Shown here: piece after piece, positions 25,562 through 38,720 of the stretch
How positions within the stretch are numbered: position 1 is the stretch's first letter
How the letters are laid out: every line of letters begins with the position of its first letter
Source: Azolla caroliniana
Lineage: Eukaryota; Plantae; Polypodiophyta
Direction: 5' to 3'
Length of the DNA stretch: 64,000 bases
NCBI GenBank assembly: GCA_043228905.1
Contig: JBHGNT010000001.1
Location: 18,352,001-18,416,000 of the forward strand
Translations under genes and position numbers: made by a program
Notes under the pieces: generated by a model
Seen by the model: only the letters and a program-made list of their open reading frames with translations
What the model was told of the DNA's origin: nothing
Databases searched by the model: none

Positions 25562-27686
25562 ATGAGGGGATCAGAGCTAGCAGAGGTGATGGTGGTAGTC
25601 GTCGACCGGCTGGTAAGCGCTCGAGAGGGGACGAGTACCCTCGACAGAGCCATTGAATCGATCGTCGGCTCTATAGGCCGGTTCGGAGGGAAAGATGCCA
25701 CAAGTTATTTGGAAGCTTACCGGGCCGAAATGAGCATGAGGGATATCCTGGTGGATAGGCGGTTGTCCGGATTTCCCCGGGTGGTGACGCCGGGCATCCA
25801 CGCAGAGGTGCTCGAGGTGCTGGCCGGATGCCAGACTTGGGAGGAGTTCGAGTTGCAGCTCCTCGAGAAGTACGGGTTTGACGACTCGCTTCGGCTATCG
25901 AGGCGGGACTTCATGGCGTGGGTGGAAAAGGGAGGAACACGTCAGTGCTCCTCCAGGAGTTCGAAAAACAATTCGCGTGGCTGTCGACGCTGGACCGGAC
26001 GGTGCTCGAAACGAGTCGAGTACTACTGTTTGTCAAGTTGGTGGACGCGCTTGACCGGGAAAAGGTGGGTCCCCTATTGGAAACGGACGAAGGGCTCACG
26101 GTAGACTGGGCCGTGGTGAACGGGTCTACAGCCGTTTCGACAAACGGCGCGATTGGAGCGACGGAAGCTCGTCGGGGTCAGGGTTGGTCCCGGGTAGGAG
26201 GCTCGAGGAGCCGGTATCAGTGCCGGCTGGTAGGAAGGAAGAGACCCGAATCTCGCTAGAGTCGGGGTCGTCATCGAATGACGTGGTCAGAGGCCCATCC
26301 GGAGGAGCGGCTCTAGAGCAGCTGACACAGATGGTGGGGGACCTGCAGATCGCCCAAGCCCGGAGAGACAACGGCGAACAACCTCACAACCGGAGGCCGC
26401 CGGCTGGGCAGCGGTGCATGTGGTGTGACTCGATCGGTCACATTCGAAAGGATTGCGCGGATTTCGCCGACACGCTCAGGACCAACATGGTGTACCTCTG
26501 GAATGGGCGGGTGCACGCGAGCGAGACCTAGAGAGCCCTAGAACTAAATACGGGGCGCGACGGAATGAAGAGGTTGATGGAAGAGGCCACGGCACGACAC
26601 GTTGAAGCCGTTAACTACTCAGTGTCGGCGGGAATTCGGGTCAGGGGCAACGAGTCCCGAAAGGTGAAGGACTCCGGATTCTGGCCACTGGTGCTAGAAG
26701 GCTTCTCCGGAGTTCGGCTGAAGAAGGAAGAGGCAGACTGCGCGGAACAACGGGTCCAAGAGGTCACTGGATGGGACGATCCGGTCGAAGAGAAAATGGG
26801 CTTCGTAGAAGCCGCTTGCCAGAACTACGAGGTTCTAGTGGAAGACAAACGGGCAAGAAAGGCCGGGGGGGTGGTTTCCCCGCCGAGGTATGAGACTCGG
26901 TTCGGACCAAAACCAACGAGTGCCAACAAGCTAGGTGCGCCGAACGGAAAGAAGCAGACGGGGTTTCGGTTGAGCACCGAAATCGAAAGGACCACAGACC
27001 TACGAAAGGTCCTAGAGGAACGTATCCTCGACAACCAAGTGGAGTTGTCGTTGAGGGAAGTGCTCGGGATCGCCAAGAAGGAGTTTCACGACTCCATCGT
27101 AGACTTGGTGAAGAGGAAAAGGCTGTCGACGGAGCCAAAGCCGGAGAAGCCAGTGGAAGTGCGAACGACGCACATAGAGGACGCGGCCCTAGAAGACGAG
27201 TTGGGGTAAAGCCACTACGCGAAGCCGTATTGGGCCAGGGCAACTACGGAAACCCCTGTGCGGATCGGCGATGTTCCGGAACCGGTGGTGGCCTTGGTAG
27301 ACCATGGATCCGAAATCAACCTTATGTCCATGGATTTCTACAAGAGGGGTAAATGGCCGATCAACACCAAGCATGGGTGGTATATATGTGCGGCGACGCG
27401 TGCTACAGAGGAGTTGCATGGCGCATGCCCAAATATACGCGTAAAGGTCAGGGACGTCGAGATAGATCAACATTTCTTCGTGCAGGAAACATTCTCGCAC
27501 CCGGTGATTCTCGGCGAACCATACATTAGGATAGCACGCATGGAGACGAAGGTGGTGGACAATGGTTCGGCGTATGCGCGCGTCAAGAGCCAGGACGGTC
27601 GGCATTCCGTCCAATTCATGACCGTACGACTGAACCATGAGAGGAATCGCGAGACCCTCGGCGGCGACAACCGAGGGGATTTTTAG
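25562..27686 (+). pseudogene. gag: C ORF1 gag-protease (disrupted)
   Basis: RFGGKDATSYLEAY, Zn knuckle CMWCDSIGHIRKDC, protease ALVDHGSEINLMS...VILGEPY, ends RGDF*. Confidence 0.85.
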
Positions 27687-27745
27687 AGAGGGCTATCAAG
27701 GCGTGGGGCCGCGGTAGTCTAGAAGTACCAGAAGAACCCCACACA
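27677..27745 (+). promoter_or_regulatory. Putative -1 ribosomal frameshift signal (slippery heptamer plus pseudoknot)
   Basis: G GAT TTT TAG, 6-nt spacer, stem GGGCTATC/GGTAGTCT, loop GTGGGG pairs with downstream CCCCAC; pol is in the -1 frame; conserved in D. Confidence 0.7.
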
Positions 27746-30700
27746 TGTATAGTAGGTAGGAAGTTTTGGTTTTCCGAAAACAGAGGTTGTACTATATCCA
27801 ACGTCTACGGCAGGGAAAGGAAGCGAGCGGAGGAGTGGCTGAGCGGATGCGGAGTCCTCTCCCCTGACGAAGAGATCAGCGGCGCCGTGGAGACGGTCTC
27901 TTTTGACGACACCTTGGGCGAGTTGTGAAAGGTGATCGGTGAAGACCTTAGAGAAGACTCGACCGTTCCAGTAGGATTGATGGGAATGTACGAAGTCATC
28001 GCGAACTTCGGGGAAAGGATCGGGCCGGATCGGACGGCCCGCGTGGATACAAAGTACAAGAATGTGGACCAGAAGGTGAGGCCAGTAGCGGCACCCTTGC
28101 TGGAGGGCAGCAAGGAGCGGATAAAAGGGGTCGCGTCGGACCCGAGTTTACGGAATCTGGCTGGCATAGGGCACCGGTTCACCGACATAACGCTACGGGA
28201 GCTCAAGGTTGGTGGGGGTGGCTTTCTATTGCCGGTGGAGGACAGGTTTCAGAGAATGCTCAAAAGGCATGGGAAAGCCTTCGCGTTCTCGCCGGACGAG
28301 ATCGGGTGCGTAGACCCAACGATCGTAGAACCGATGGTGATCTTCACGGTACCGCATGTACCGTGGAATCTCAAACCAATTCCAGTGCCGAGAGCTCACA
28401 TCCCGAAGTTGATGGAGCTTCTGAAGCAAAAGGTGGAGATGGGCATCCTCGAACCGTCGAGTGCCCCGTATTCGAATCGGTGGTTCACGGTGCCGAAAAA
28501 GAACGGCACGATGCGCTTCATTTAGGGCCTACAACCAGTCAACAAGGTGACCATCCGTAACGCAGGAATCGGACCAACCATAGATGAATTCGCGGAGGCC
28601 TTCGCCAGAAGGTTGATTTACTCTGTCGGTGATCTATACTCGGGGTACAATCAGTTCCAACTAGCCATGGAGAGCAGAGACATCACGACGATGCGGACCC
28701 CTCTCGGCCTAGTGCGGATGTGTACCCTACCACAAGGAGGGACGAACTCAGTGGCTCACATGGTGAACGCGATGAACAAAGTGCTCAGGGATTGTATCCC
28801 GGACATCACCATGCCATTCTTGGACGACATCCCGATAAAGGGGTGTCCGGTGGAAGACAAGGACGAGACTGTCGGGCCAGACGGATGTCGGAGGTTCCTC
28901 GTGAACCACATCAACGACTACGAGAAGTTGCTGCAGAAGCTCGAAGACGCACGACTCACCTTCTCCGGAGAAAAATCGGCGTTCGGGCAGTCGGAGATCT
29001 TGGTGGTCGGACACCTGTGCGGGCCCCTATGGTAGGAAACCGTCTCCGGCAAAGGTGAAGGCCATCTCGGCGATGAGGGACGATTGCGGGTCCGTCACGG
29101 AGGTCCGCAAATTCTTGGAAGCATGCACGTTCTACCACATCTGGATTCCACACTACGCGCATGTTGCGGAGCCTCTCTACGGACTATTGAAAAAGGGGCG
29201 TAGCTTTGAGTGGAGGGCGGAGCACACGGAGTCGGTACGGAGACTAAAAGAGGCGCTTACGGTAGCGCCGGCTCTCCGTAAAGCGGTTTACGGCAAAGAT
29301 GTCCCCATTTGCAAGACTATGGACACCAGCCCGACCGGGATCGGGTGGGTAATCAGTCAGGAGGACAAGGACGGTGTACGATTCCTGATCCGGTTCGGGG
29401 CGAAGGTATTGAGCAAACGGCAGCGAGGATGCGCCCAAGTTCAACGCGAGCTTTGGGGTATCGTTTCAGCAGTCAAGGCCGACAAGGACTATCTGATCGG
29501 GACAGAGGTGATCATCAAGACGGACTGCCTGCCGGTACTCGGCATGCTTTCCGGATGCGTGATGCCGGACCTAGCAATGCTCCGGTGGATAGCGTACATT
29601 AAGTCCCTGAACCCGGAGATACGGCACATCTCCAGAGAGGATAACGCCATGGCCGACATGCTTTCGAGAGCAAGGTTCAACGACGAAGACGGCATGGTTT
29701 CGGATGACGAAGAAGTCGGCAAGGACTTCTTCGGGTCGGCTAATGTAGCGACGAGGGAAAGGGACACTCCGACGCTTAACGAATTTGACGAAAGCAGGTA
29801 TGACGGGGAGTGGCTCCAAATCGGGATGTTCCTACAGATGATGACGCCGGACGCAGCATGGACGAGAGAAGAGGCGAGCTGGTACGGAAGAAGGCGTACC
29901 GATTCTTCCTACGGGACAAGTGCATATGGAGGCACCCAAAGAAGAGAAATCGCATCCCGTTCCGTGTAGTGACAAAGAAAGAAGAACAGGAGGAACTATC
30001 GGCGGCATTTCACGAGAGTCCCTGGGCTGGGCACCGCGGAACGTGGGCCACGTTTGAAAGGCTGAAGGAGAAGTACTGGTGGCCGGGGCTGTACTAGGAC
30101 GTGCATCGGTTCATAACGACTTGCGAAAGCTGTCAAATGCACTCCACAGTCCGACAACGGGACGAGCTACGCCCGACCTACCCGCCTACGGTCCATTTCA
30201 AGTGGATGGTGGACTTGGTGACGATGCCGATGGGAGTAGGACAGATGCGATACCTGGTGCTTGCACGGGAAGACTTAACGAACCAGGTGGAAGGCCGTGC
30301 ACTACAGAAGAAGACAACCGCGGCGGTATGCTGGTTCCTAATCGAAGAGATAGTGTGTCGGTACGGGTGCATCAGGAGGATCGTGGCGGACCGGGAAGAG
30401 TTGGATATGAGGGAAGCTGAGGAGTTGTTCGACCGGCTAGGCGTCAAACTCTCCCTCACTACGGCGTACAATCTGGAGGCGAACGGAAAGGCAGAACGTG
30501 GGCACGGGCCGATCGTAAAGGCGTTGGTGCGTGCATGCGGAGGGCAGGTCGGGAATTGGCCGTGGCTCCTTCCTTATGTACTATGGGCGGACCAAACTAC
30601 GCACAGTTCGGTGACAGGGTTTATGCCAGCAGAACTGATGTACGGACAGAAGCTGATCATATCGGTGGAACAGACGGTTTCTTCATGGGCGGCGGTAGAT

Positions 30701-31075
30701 TGGAAGGACGAAATGAGCCGAGAGGAGTTGCTGGTGGCGTGGATTCGGCAACTCGAGTGGAGGCCGGAGGACGTGAAACGAGCGAAGGAAAAGTTGCGAG
30801 CGGCAAGGGAGTGGAACAAGACCCGGTTCAACCGGACGCACCGGTTGCGACCAAAGAAGATTGATGAAGGCGACTGGGTCCTGGTATACGATAGCAGCCT
30901 CGACGATCAACACAAGGCGGTGCGAAAGTTCGCTAGGAGATGGTTCGGGCCGTACACCGTGACGAGCACGAACGACAACAACACCTACCACCTCGCGGAA
31001 CTCGACGGGACATGGTTAGTGGTGCCGGTGACCGGGAAGCGGATCAAAGCGTTCAAGAAGCAGTTCAAAGCCTGC
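27683..31075 (+). pseudogene. pol: C ORF2 pol (RT-RH-INT), disrupted
   Basis: DLYSGYNQF, PFLDDIPIKG, DTSPTGIGW, TCESCQ, WMVDLV, ANGKAERGH, RWFGPY. Confidence 0.92.
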
Positions 31076-33019
31076 GAGCGTGAGCGACAACGACGATCAG
31101 TTTGCACCCGGAGGAGAATCAAAGAACGACGAGTGAAGCCCGTTTTCTTCGGTATCTACCCATCTCCGGCGCATGCGGTGGATGCGCAGTTTGGTGGGGG
31201 TGGATGTCGTGAAGAAAACCGGGCATAGGCGGAATCGGAGAAAAAGGCGCATGAACCGGCTCTTACACGGATGGGCGCATATTTTGATATTTTGATATTT
31301 TGTACATGATCCATAAATGAATCGGCTGATGTAAATACTAAGTAGCACACATTTATTAGGAGGGATTGTGCGTATCTCTGTCAGAAGGGACAAGGAATAA
31401 AGCGATTTGACTAGGGCAAAAGGGGCACCCCCTTTTGAGAACCATTTAAGGAGAGGAGAGAGGGGAGAAAAGGAATCGCACGTTGGCTAGGACGAAGTGC
31501 TGCTGCAGAACCGAGTGCCGAGCTCTCTCTCCCCCAATCGTCGTTCTCTACGGGTGTCGGGAGTTCGCTGCCTCTACTTCCCGGACAGCCCGTGTGCTTC
31601 CAGCAGAGTCTCTCTCTCCCCTTTTCCCCTTTGTTTCTTCGAGTCGTGTGGCTATCGCCGGTGTGCTTGAGTAGGACCCCGTGTCGGGTCCATTACCGGG
31701 TTGCCGGTTGTAACCGTTCGAGTTGTAAGCTATTGACTGTATAACCGGATTCCTGTTTTCTTGCTCTGGATCTCTTCTTGTGAGCTTGCATATCTCTCTC
31801 TCTCTCTCCTTGGTCCAAGACCCTCGTGGTCCCGCCTCTTTCTACGCGCACGCGCGTAACAACGCGACAACGTTGCTGCCCATATTTTCCACCCGTGCTT
31901 GGTTTGGATCAGCCACTTCCCCTTCTTGTAGAAGTCCGTGGACATCAAGTTGATTTCTGAACCATGGTCCACCAATGCCATCACCGGCTCCTGAACATCT
32001 CCGATCTTAACAGGGGTCTCGGTGGTTGCCCTGGCCCAATGTGGCCTTGAATAGTGGCTCTCCGCCAACCCGTCTTCTAGAGCCATGTCTTCTAGGTGCG
32101 TCGTTCGCACCTCCACCGGCTTCTCCGGCTTCGGCTCTGTCGAAAGCCTTTCCGCTTCACCAAGTCCACGATGGAGTCGTGGAACTCCTTCTTGGCTATT
32201 CTGAGCACTTCCCTCGGTGACAGCTCCACTTTGCTGTCGAGGATACGTTCCTCGAGGACCTTTCGCAAGTCCATGGTCCTCTCGATCTCCGTGCTCAATC
32301 GACACCCGACCCTCTTGGCTTTATCCGTTGCGACCGACATCATTCTGTTTTTGCTCGAACCGGGTCTCGTACCGTTGTGAGGGTCCGGCCCCTCTTGTCT
32401 TACCCGTACACCTGTCCTCCACTAGAGCCTCGTGGTTTTAGCAAGCGGCTTCAACGAAGCCCGTGTTCTCTTCGACCGGGTCACTCCACCCGGTTGCCTT
32501 CCGAACTGGTCTTTCCGCGTGGTCCACTTCCTCTTTCCTTAGTCGTACACCAGCGAGGCCTTCTAGCATCAATGGCCAGAATCTGGCTTCCTTTGTGTTT
32601 CGAACTTCATCACTTCCGACCCGGATCCTACCCGATGCCGAGTAGTGGACGCTCTTCGCGTGGCGAGCCGCCGCTTCCTCCATCAGTCGTTTCACACCCC
32701 CTCCCCGACATTCAGATCTAGGGTCCTTCGGATCTCGCTAGCGTGCATCCGACCGTTCCATAGGTACACCACATTAGCTCTTATCACATCGGCGAAGTCC
32801 CCGTAGTCCTTTCGGGCATGCCCGACCACGTCGCACCACAAGCACCGGTTCCCAACCGGAGGCCTTCGGTCACGGACTTGTTCTCCGCCATCCCTCTGTG
32901 CTTGTGCAATCTGGAGGTCCCTCACAATCTGAGTCAGCTCCTCCAGATGAACCTTTGACCATGCTGGTCGAAGTCGAGCCGGTCTCGAGCCAATCTCGAG
33001 TCTCTTCCCTTCGCTCCGG

Positions 33020-34610
33020 ACAGCCGTCTACATCCAAAACCGGATCGATGACAAGGTGTCCGCGCATGAGCTGTATTTCGGACGCAAGCCGAATTTGACA
33101 CACCTATGGATATTCGGTAGCATTGCATATGTGCATGTGCCAGATGAGAAGTGGAAGAAGTTGGATGCAAAGTCGGAGAAATGAATCTTGGTCAGTTACT
33201 CACATGAGCAAAAGGGGTATAAGTATTATAATCCTCGGACGAAGCAAGTCTGAGTTAGCCGGGATGTTGAGATTGATGAGACGGCATCATGGTATGCCTT
33301 ACCGGCTCCGACTTCCGACCCTGCCCGATACCGGAGGATGAGGCTAGTGAGCCTGAACCGGTCCAAATAGAAGATGAAGACCTCGGCACTCTAGAAGAGA
33401 GTCCGATCTCATTTCGGTTAAGTGGACCGAATGAGCGGTTGAGTCGGGATGACTAGTCGGATGAGGAACCAGCGAGTAGTGGAGACTCTACCGTGCTCTC
33501 CCAGCGCAATGAACCGAAGAGACGGTTCACGTGCAAAGAAAAGGGGAAGAAGAAGATGCCGGAATACGAAACCAGCAACGATGAGTCGGATTTGAGCAAA
33601 TCCGACTCCAGAAAGGATGAAGGCGGATCTTTGGGAACGAAGTCCGAACCGGCCAAGAAGGGCCTCAAACCGGGTAACGATAAATTACGTCGGTCTTCCT
33701 ATGCGTACATGACCAAGGTGGCGGAAGTGCGTGAGCCGGAGAGCTACGCAGAAGCGGCAAGGGATGCAAATTGGCGTGCCGCTATGGAGGAAGAAATGCG
33801 GGCACTTGATGCCAATGACACATGGGACCTCGTTGACCCTCCCCGACACTGTAAACCGATCGGATGTAAGTGGGTGTACAAGGTAAAGTACAACGCTGAT
33901 GGTTCGGTTAACCGGTACAAGGTCCGGTTAGTGGCAAAGGGATACACGTAGACCCATGGAATCGACTACGACGAGACCTTCGCTCTGGTAGAGAAGATGA
34001 CGACGATTCGTGTGGTACAGGCAGTTGTTGCGGCAAGAGGGTGGGACCTTCACCAGATGGACATGAAGAATGCATTTATTCAAGGAGATCTTGAAGAAGA
34101 GGTCTTTATGACCCAACCTCCCAGTTTCTAGACGGAGATGAACAAGTCGGTGGTATGCCGGTTGAAGAAGTCCCATTATGGCCTGAAGCAAGCCCCCCGA
34201 GCTTGGAATGCCAAGATTACGCACCGGTTGCGTAAGATGGGGTTTGCAGCCTCCAAGTTTGATTCTTCGTTGTTCATCCGGCAAGGTCCGGACGGTCCGG
34301 TTTGCATATTGTTGTATGTTGATGATCTAGTCATCACCGGACCCGGACTCGATGAAATCAGCCGAGTCAAGTCCCAACTGTCAGACGCATTTGAGATGAA
34401 GGACCTGGGGGACCTTAACTATTTCCTTGGGATCGAGGTGATCCGAACCCCCGACGGCATACTGCTCTCACAACGACACTATGTGTTGAATTTGCTGTAT
34501 AAGTTCGGCATGACAAAATGCCGACCGATCTCCACAACCCTAGACCGGAACTAGAAGCTCCATCCTGACTCCAGATCGGCCTACGATGAGAAGTTGTTCC
34601 GACAAATCGT
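33020..34610 (+). pseudogene. pol: Truncated copia fragment (B/H family): INT end and RT
   Basis: TAVYIQNR...HELYFGRKPNL; PIGCKWVYKVK; ILLYVDDLVITG; near-identical to 11040-11650 in part; no LTR visible. Confidence 0.85.
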
Positions 34611-35329
34611 CACTGAATCTTCTCCCTCTCTCCCTCTCTCCTCCTCCTCATGAATCTTCTTCTACTACTAATGACCAGAACGCCACACATCCGCCATATC
34701 TTGGCGGCCATGATTTCTCCAACCATTCTGTTGTGTTTCTTGATCCTCCTTCTTCCCACGAAGTCTACAAGTATGGCTATGGCGATCTTCTTTACAACAA
34801 TTTTGCCGCCAGGCCATGGATGTAGTGCTCCATGGCTTCTGCTACATCTCAGCCTCCTCAGTATAATTCATGGGGAGCGATGGGGAGCTCTAAGCAGTAG
34901 GTGTGGCTTATGATCGTGGAGAGGATAAGGGAGGAGATCCTTAGAACTAGGGACGTGCTTAGAGCCAACATTAATCTTAAGAGCACCATGATGATGAGCA
35001 AGAATAATAGAAGCTTGATCCACCATGTTGACGTGAATCAGATGCTAGAATCAGATGAATCATAGTCATGGTGATCCTCATAATCAAATGAATCATAGTC
35101 ATGGACCATGGTGATCCTCAGAAGCAAAAACATAATCAGAGACATCACGATGATGGTGGTGATTAGAACAATAGGAAGAATCCGAGGAGAGGAAAATAAA
35201 TGGTCCTAGGAATACTGCCATAGAAGTTGAAGCTTTAACTCATAACACCTGTCACTCTCTTGCTCTCTCTTTCTAATGTTTAGTACTTTAATGTTTAGAC
35301 AACATGATCTGCTCGAGTGAAACCAGAAG

Positions 35330-36560
35330 ACCCTTGAGGGGGAATTTCAGAAGAGGGAGCATGAAGGAAGCTATGGAAGATGGTCAAGTGACTCACGTGG
35401 ATGCGATGCACTATGTTGCATTTTACCAGAATAAGAGTCAGAAAAGATAAAAACAAAGCTGCTAGAATGGGAACAAGGTTTTGGTCTATTGTTCTCGAGT
35501 ATGAGAAGAAGGGGAAAGTTACTTCGAATGAGGTAGATTTTGCAGACCTAACTGTGCAAAGTAGGACCAGATGGTAGGATCTGGTGGATGACAATACCAT
35601 ACTCGTGGAAGTTTTGTGCGATAACCATGAGGTGCCCGTGGATGAAAAGAGAAAAAGAATGGAAGGGCAATACGGCCCGTAAAAAAGACATGAAACAAGG
35701 AGTACAAAAAAGAAAGAAGATGAAGAAACAAGTCGAGCTTTACAGATGAAAGTTGGGAAGTCATGCCAAAAAGGGGTGTTGAGCAAACGAGTCGAAGAAA
35801 CGGTTCAGCCCATGAGGGTTGATGTCGATGTCCCAGCTAGGAAGGGGAGAACTATGCCTACCTATATAAGCTATGGTAAGACATAGAACAAACGAAAGAT
35901 CTAACAAGATTCTCAAAGAACGTGTTCTTGATAGCCATGTGACCTTGTCCTTCAGGGTATTGCTCGCCATTATGAAAAAGGAGTTCCATAATGCGATCGT
36001 GGACCTCGTAAAGAGAAAAAGGCAACACTTAGACGAGGACGAAGAGAAACCAAAAAAATCAAAAGCAAATGCCATAACGACGGCAAGGGATGAAGTCAAT
36101 GAAGATATGGAGGACAACCTTTGTACTCGGCCTCATTGGGCACAAGCAACAACAGAGGCACAAGTAAAGTTGGGAGAATGAAAAGAAATAGTCGTAGTAT
36201 TAATAGACTATGGGTCCAATATCAATCTTATGTTGACTGAGGTCTACAAAAAGGGAAGATGGCCCCTAAATATAAATCATGGGAGAAAGATTTGTGTGGT
36301 GACGAATGTTATTGAAGACCTGTATAACACATGTCCTAGTATCCCTATCACGATTGGCAGTGTTGAGATAGTTCGACATTCTTTTGTTCAAGACTTGGCC
36401 TCCCATCCTATTATTCTCGGACAAGCGTACATAACATCGTCCCGGATGTAAACCAAAGTGGTCAACAATGGTGTGGCATTTGCTCGAGTAAGTAGTCTTG
36501 ACGGGAAGAAGGCCTTAGAGTTCTTGATTGTATGTGCCAAACACGAAAGGAACCGGGATA
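35330..36560 (+). pseudogene. Old gag-end/protease fragment of a C-family relative
   Basis: ILKERVLDSHVTLS...KKEFHNAIVDLVKRKR; LIDYGSNINLM; HPIILGQAY. Confidence 0.8.
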
Positions 36561-36722
36561 GGGTTGGTCAACCGTTAAGTCATAAACAAGGAGTGTGGAA
36601 TGGTGGGCCATCGGTGTATAGCATGGAGAGGGAGGAGCTTAAGATTAAAATAGGAGAAAGATACTAATGAGGATTAGAAACAAAAAATACTACTACACTA
36701 ACAATATGAGAGAGAGAGAGAG
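36560..36722 (+). repeat. ~165-bp dispersed duplication (second copy ~39091-39260)
   Basis: TAGGGTTGGTCAACC...TACTACTACACTAACA..(GA)n present twice. Confidence 0.8.
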
Positions 36723-36963
36723 ACTCGATTAAGTTTATAATTACTATTAATTGTTAGACCTAAAAATTCCTACAAAATTAGAGACATAGTGAGAGAGGAT
36801 TAGTTATTAATTGTTAATTATGAGTTTTGGACCGTGAGGTCTATTCAAGAAGTGCGAGTGGTATACAATCGGTGGGTGTTTGTGAGAGGGAGAGGGAGGA
36901 ACTATTAAAGAATACAAATGTGTGTGTGTGTGTGAGAGAGAGATAAATATGTACAAAGTTTAG

Positions 36964-37282
36964 AGAGAGAGGGAGATACACTAAAAACTAATTCATATTA
37001 AGAAACTTAAAAGGTAATACAAAGAAATGGTCGATGTGGCAAACTAGTTTCGCTCCTAAGGCACTCATCAGTGCACATGACCATGTAGAATTTCAGGGGT
37101 TTTTATAGGGAAGAAAAGGGATGAGAGAGAGAGAGATACACTAAAAACTATTTCATATTAAGAAACTTAAAAGGTAATACAAAGAAATGGTCGATGTGGC
37201 AAACTAGTTTCGCTACTAAGGATCTCATCAATGCACATGACCATTTAGAATTTGAGGGTTTTATATAGGGAAGAAAAGGGAT
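36964..37282 (+). repeat. Two-copy ~160-bp tandem repeat
   Basis: GAGATACACTAAAAACTA...ATGGTCGATGTGGCAAACTAG...ATAGGGAAGAAAAGGGAT twice. Confidence 0.85.
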
Positions 37283-37299
37283 AAGAGAGAGAGAGAGAG

Positions 37300-38720
37300 A
37301 GAGAGGTTTCAAATTTTATGATGTGGGAGTTTAGGGGGAGTGATGGATTTGGTGGGGGGTAAAAGATTTTCTGGGGTTATTTGAAAATGTGTGATGTGGG
37401 AGTTAGGGAGGGTGATGTATAGTGGCGGGTAGGAAAAGATTTTATAGAGATCTTTGAAAACAGGATGGAGGTATGAGAGGGGAGGGGTAGAAAGCAGGAA
37501 TTTAAAAGTAAGGAGGGAGGGGTAGGAAGTGAAAGGGGAGGGGGGGTAGAGGGGAAATTAAATTGAAGGAGGAAAGGGTAGAATGAGATTTAGAAGAATG
37601 AAAGGGGGAGGGATAGGAAATAAAATTAGAAATAAGTGGGGAGGGGTAGGAAACAAAAATAGAAATAAGGGGTGAGGGGCGAGGGGTAGAGTAAAATTAC
37701 TAAAAGAGGGAGGGGTAGAGTAATAATAGGGAAAGAGGTGGGAGGGGTAGGGGTAGGGTGGGCATAGAAAAATCGGAGGGAGGGGTATGAGTGAAAATCT
37801 AAAAAAAAGAAGGGTGAGGAGGGAGGGGTATGAGTAAAAATCTAGAAAAAGGGAAGGGGGGAGGGGTAGATTGAAATTTAGAAAAAGGGTCAAGAGTAGA
37901 AAGTAAAATTTAGAGAGGTTGGAGGGGTAGAATGAATTTAAAGTTAAAGAAGGGAGGCTAAAATGCGAGTTAGAAGAAAAATGATTTTGAGAGGAGGGCT
38001 AGGGGGAAGAAATAAAAGTTAGGGCGGGATAAATATAAATAGGAAGAGAGTGAGGAGGGGTATGAGATAAAACTTAAAGGGAGGGAATTGAGGGGAGGGA
38101 TAGGAGGAAATTATGTAAAAGTAGGGGGAGGGGCAAACGGGAGAATTATAGGAAGTAGGGGGAGGGGTAAGAGGTTAGATTCTGAAATTATGAAAGGTGA
38201 GGAAAGGGGTAGTCTAAAAATAAGGGGAGGGTTAGGAGTATAAAAGTGAGGGGTAGAGTTAAAACAAAAAGGAAAGGCGAGGGGGAGGGGGAGGGTATTA
38301 GGATAGAGTAGAAAAATAGGAAGAAGCAAAAAATGAGAAGAGGGGTAGGAGGAGGGTGCTAAAATAATGAAAAGTGAGAGGTAGAGTTAAAAATAAGAAA
38401 AAGTGAGGAGAGGGTATGGTCAGAATTAGGGAAAAGTACGAGAGGGGTAGAGTTGAAAAATAGGAAAAAGTAAAAGATGAGGGGAGGGGTAGAATTGGAA
38501 AATAGGAAAAGCAGAATGAGGGGAGGATGCTAAAAGTTAAAAGGTGAGGGGTAGACTTAAAAATAAGGAAGGGGGGGGTATAGTCAAAATATGGAAAAGG
38601 TAGGGGAGGGGTAGGTAAGGGTATGACGCGAATTAGGTAAAACCAAAAGAGGGGTAAAGTTAACATAGAGAGAGACTATGGGGGGAAAGATATTATGCAA
38701 GAGAAAGAGACGGGGAGGGA
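37300..38720 (+). repeat. Strand-biased G/A-rich degenerate repeat tract
   Basis: Recurrent GGGAGGGGTAG...AAAATAGGAAA units; C almost absent. Confidence 0.85.

Larger units (their letters stand above)
24833..31869 (+). mobile_element. Element C: full-length Ty3/gypsy element, tRNA-Trp primed, inserted in D protease
   Basis: LTRs 24833-25517 and 31205-31869; 4-bp TSD GCGT/ACGT (removing C restores D's A-A-T-R-A-T-E-E); PPT GGTGGGGGTGGA 31193-31204. Confidence 0.95.
20353..33020 (-). mobile_element. Element D: gypsy element of the C family, 5'-truncated, split by C; 3' LTR 20353-21003
   Basis: Minus-strand gag (32030-33020), protease ALVDHGSEINLMS, RT MCTLPQGGTNSV...LLDDIPIKG, RH, INT; PPT GGTGGGGGCGGA then TGTCA...CGACA. 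Confidence 0.9.

Noticed and set aside
34610-35290. Possible host gene fragment with small tandem duplication
   Set aside because: Low-complexity sequence with no convincing ORF or domain; origin undetermined.
37558-38666. Pro/Phe/Leu-rich minus-strand ORFs
   Set aside because: By-products of the polypyrimidine strand of the low-complexity tract.
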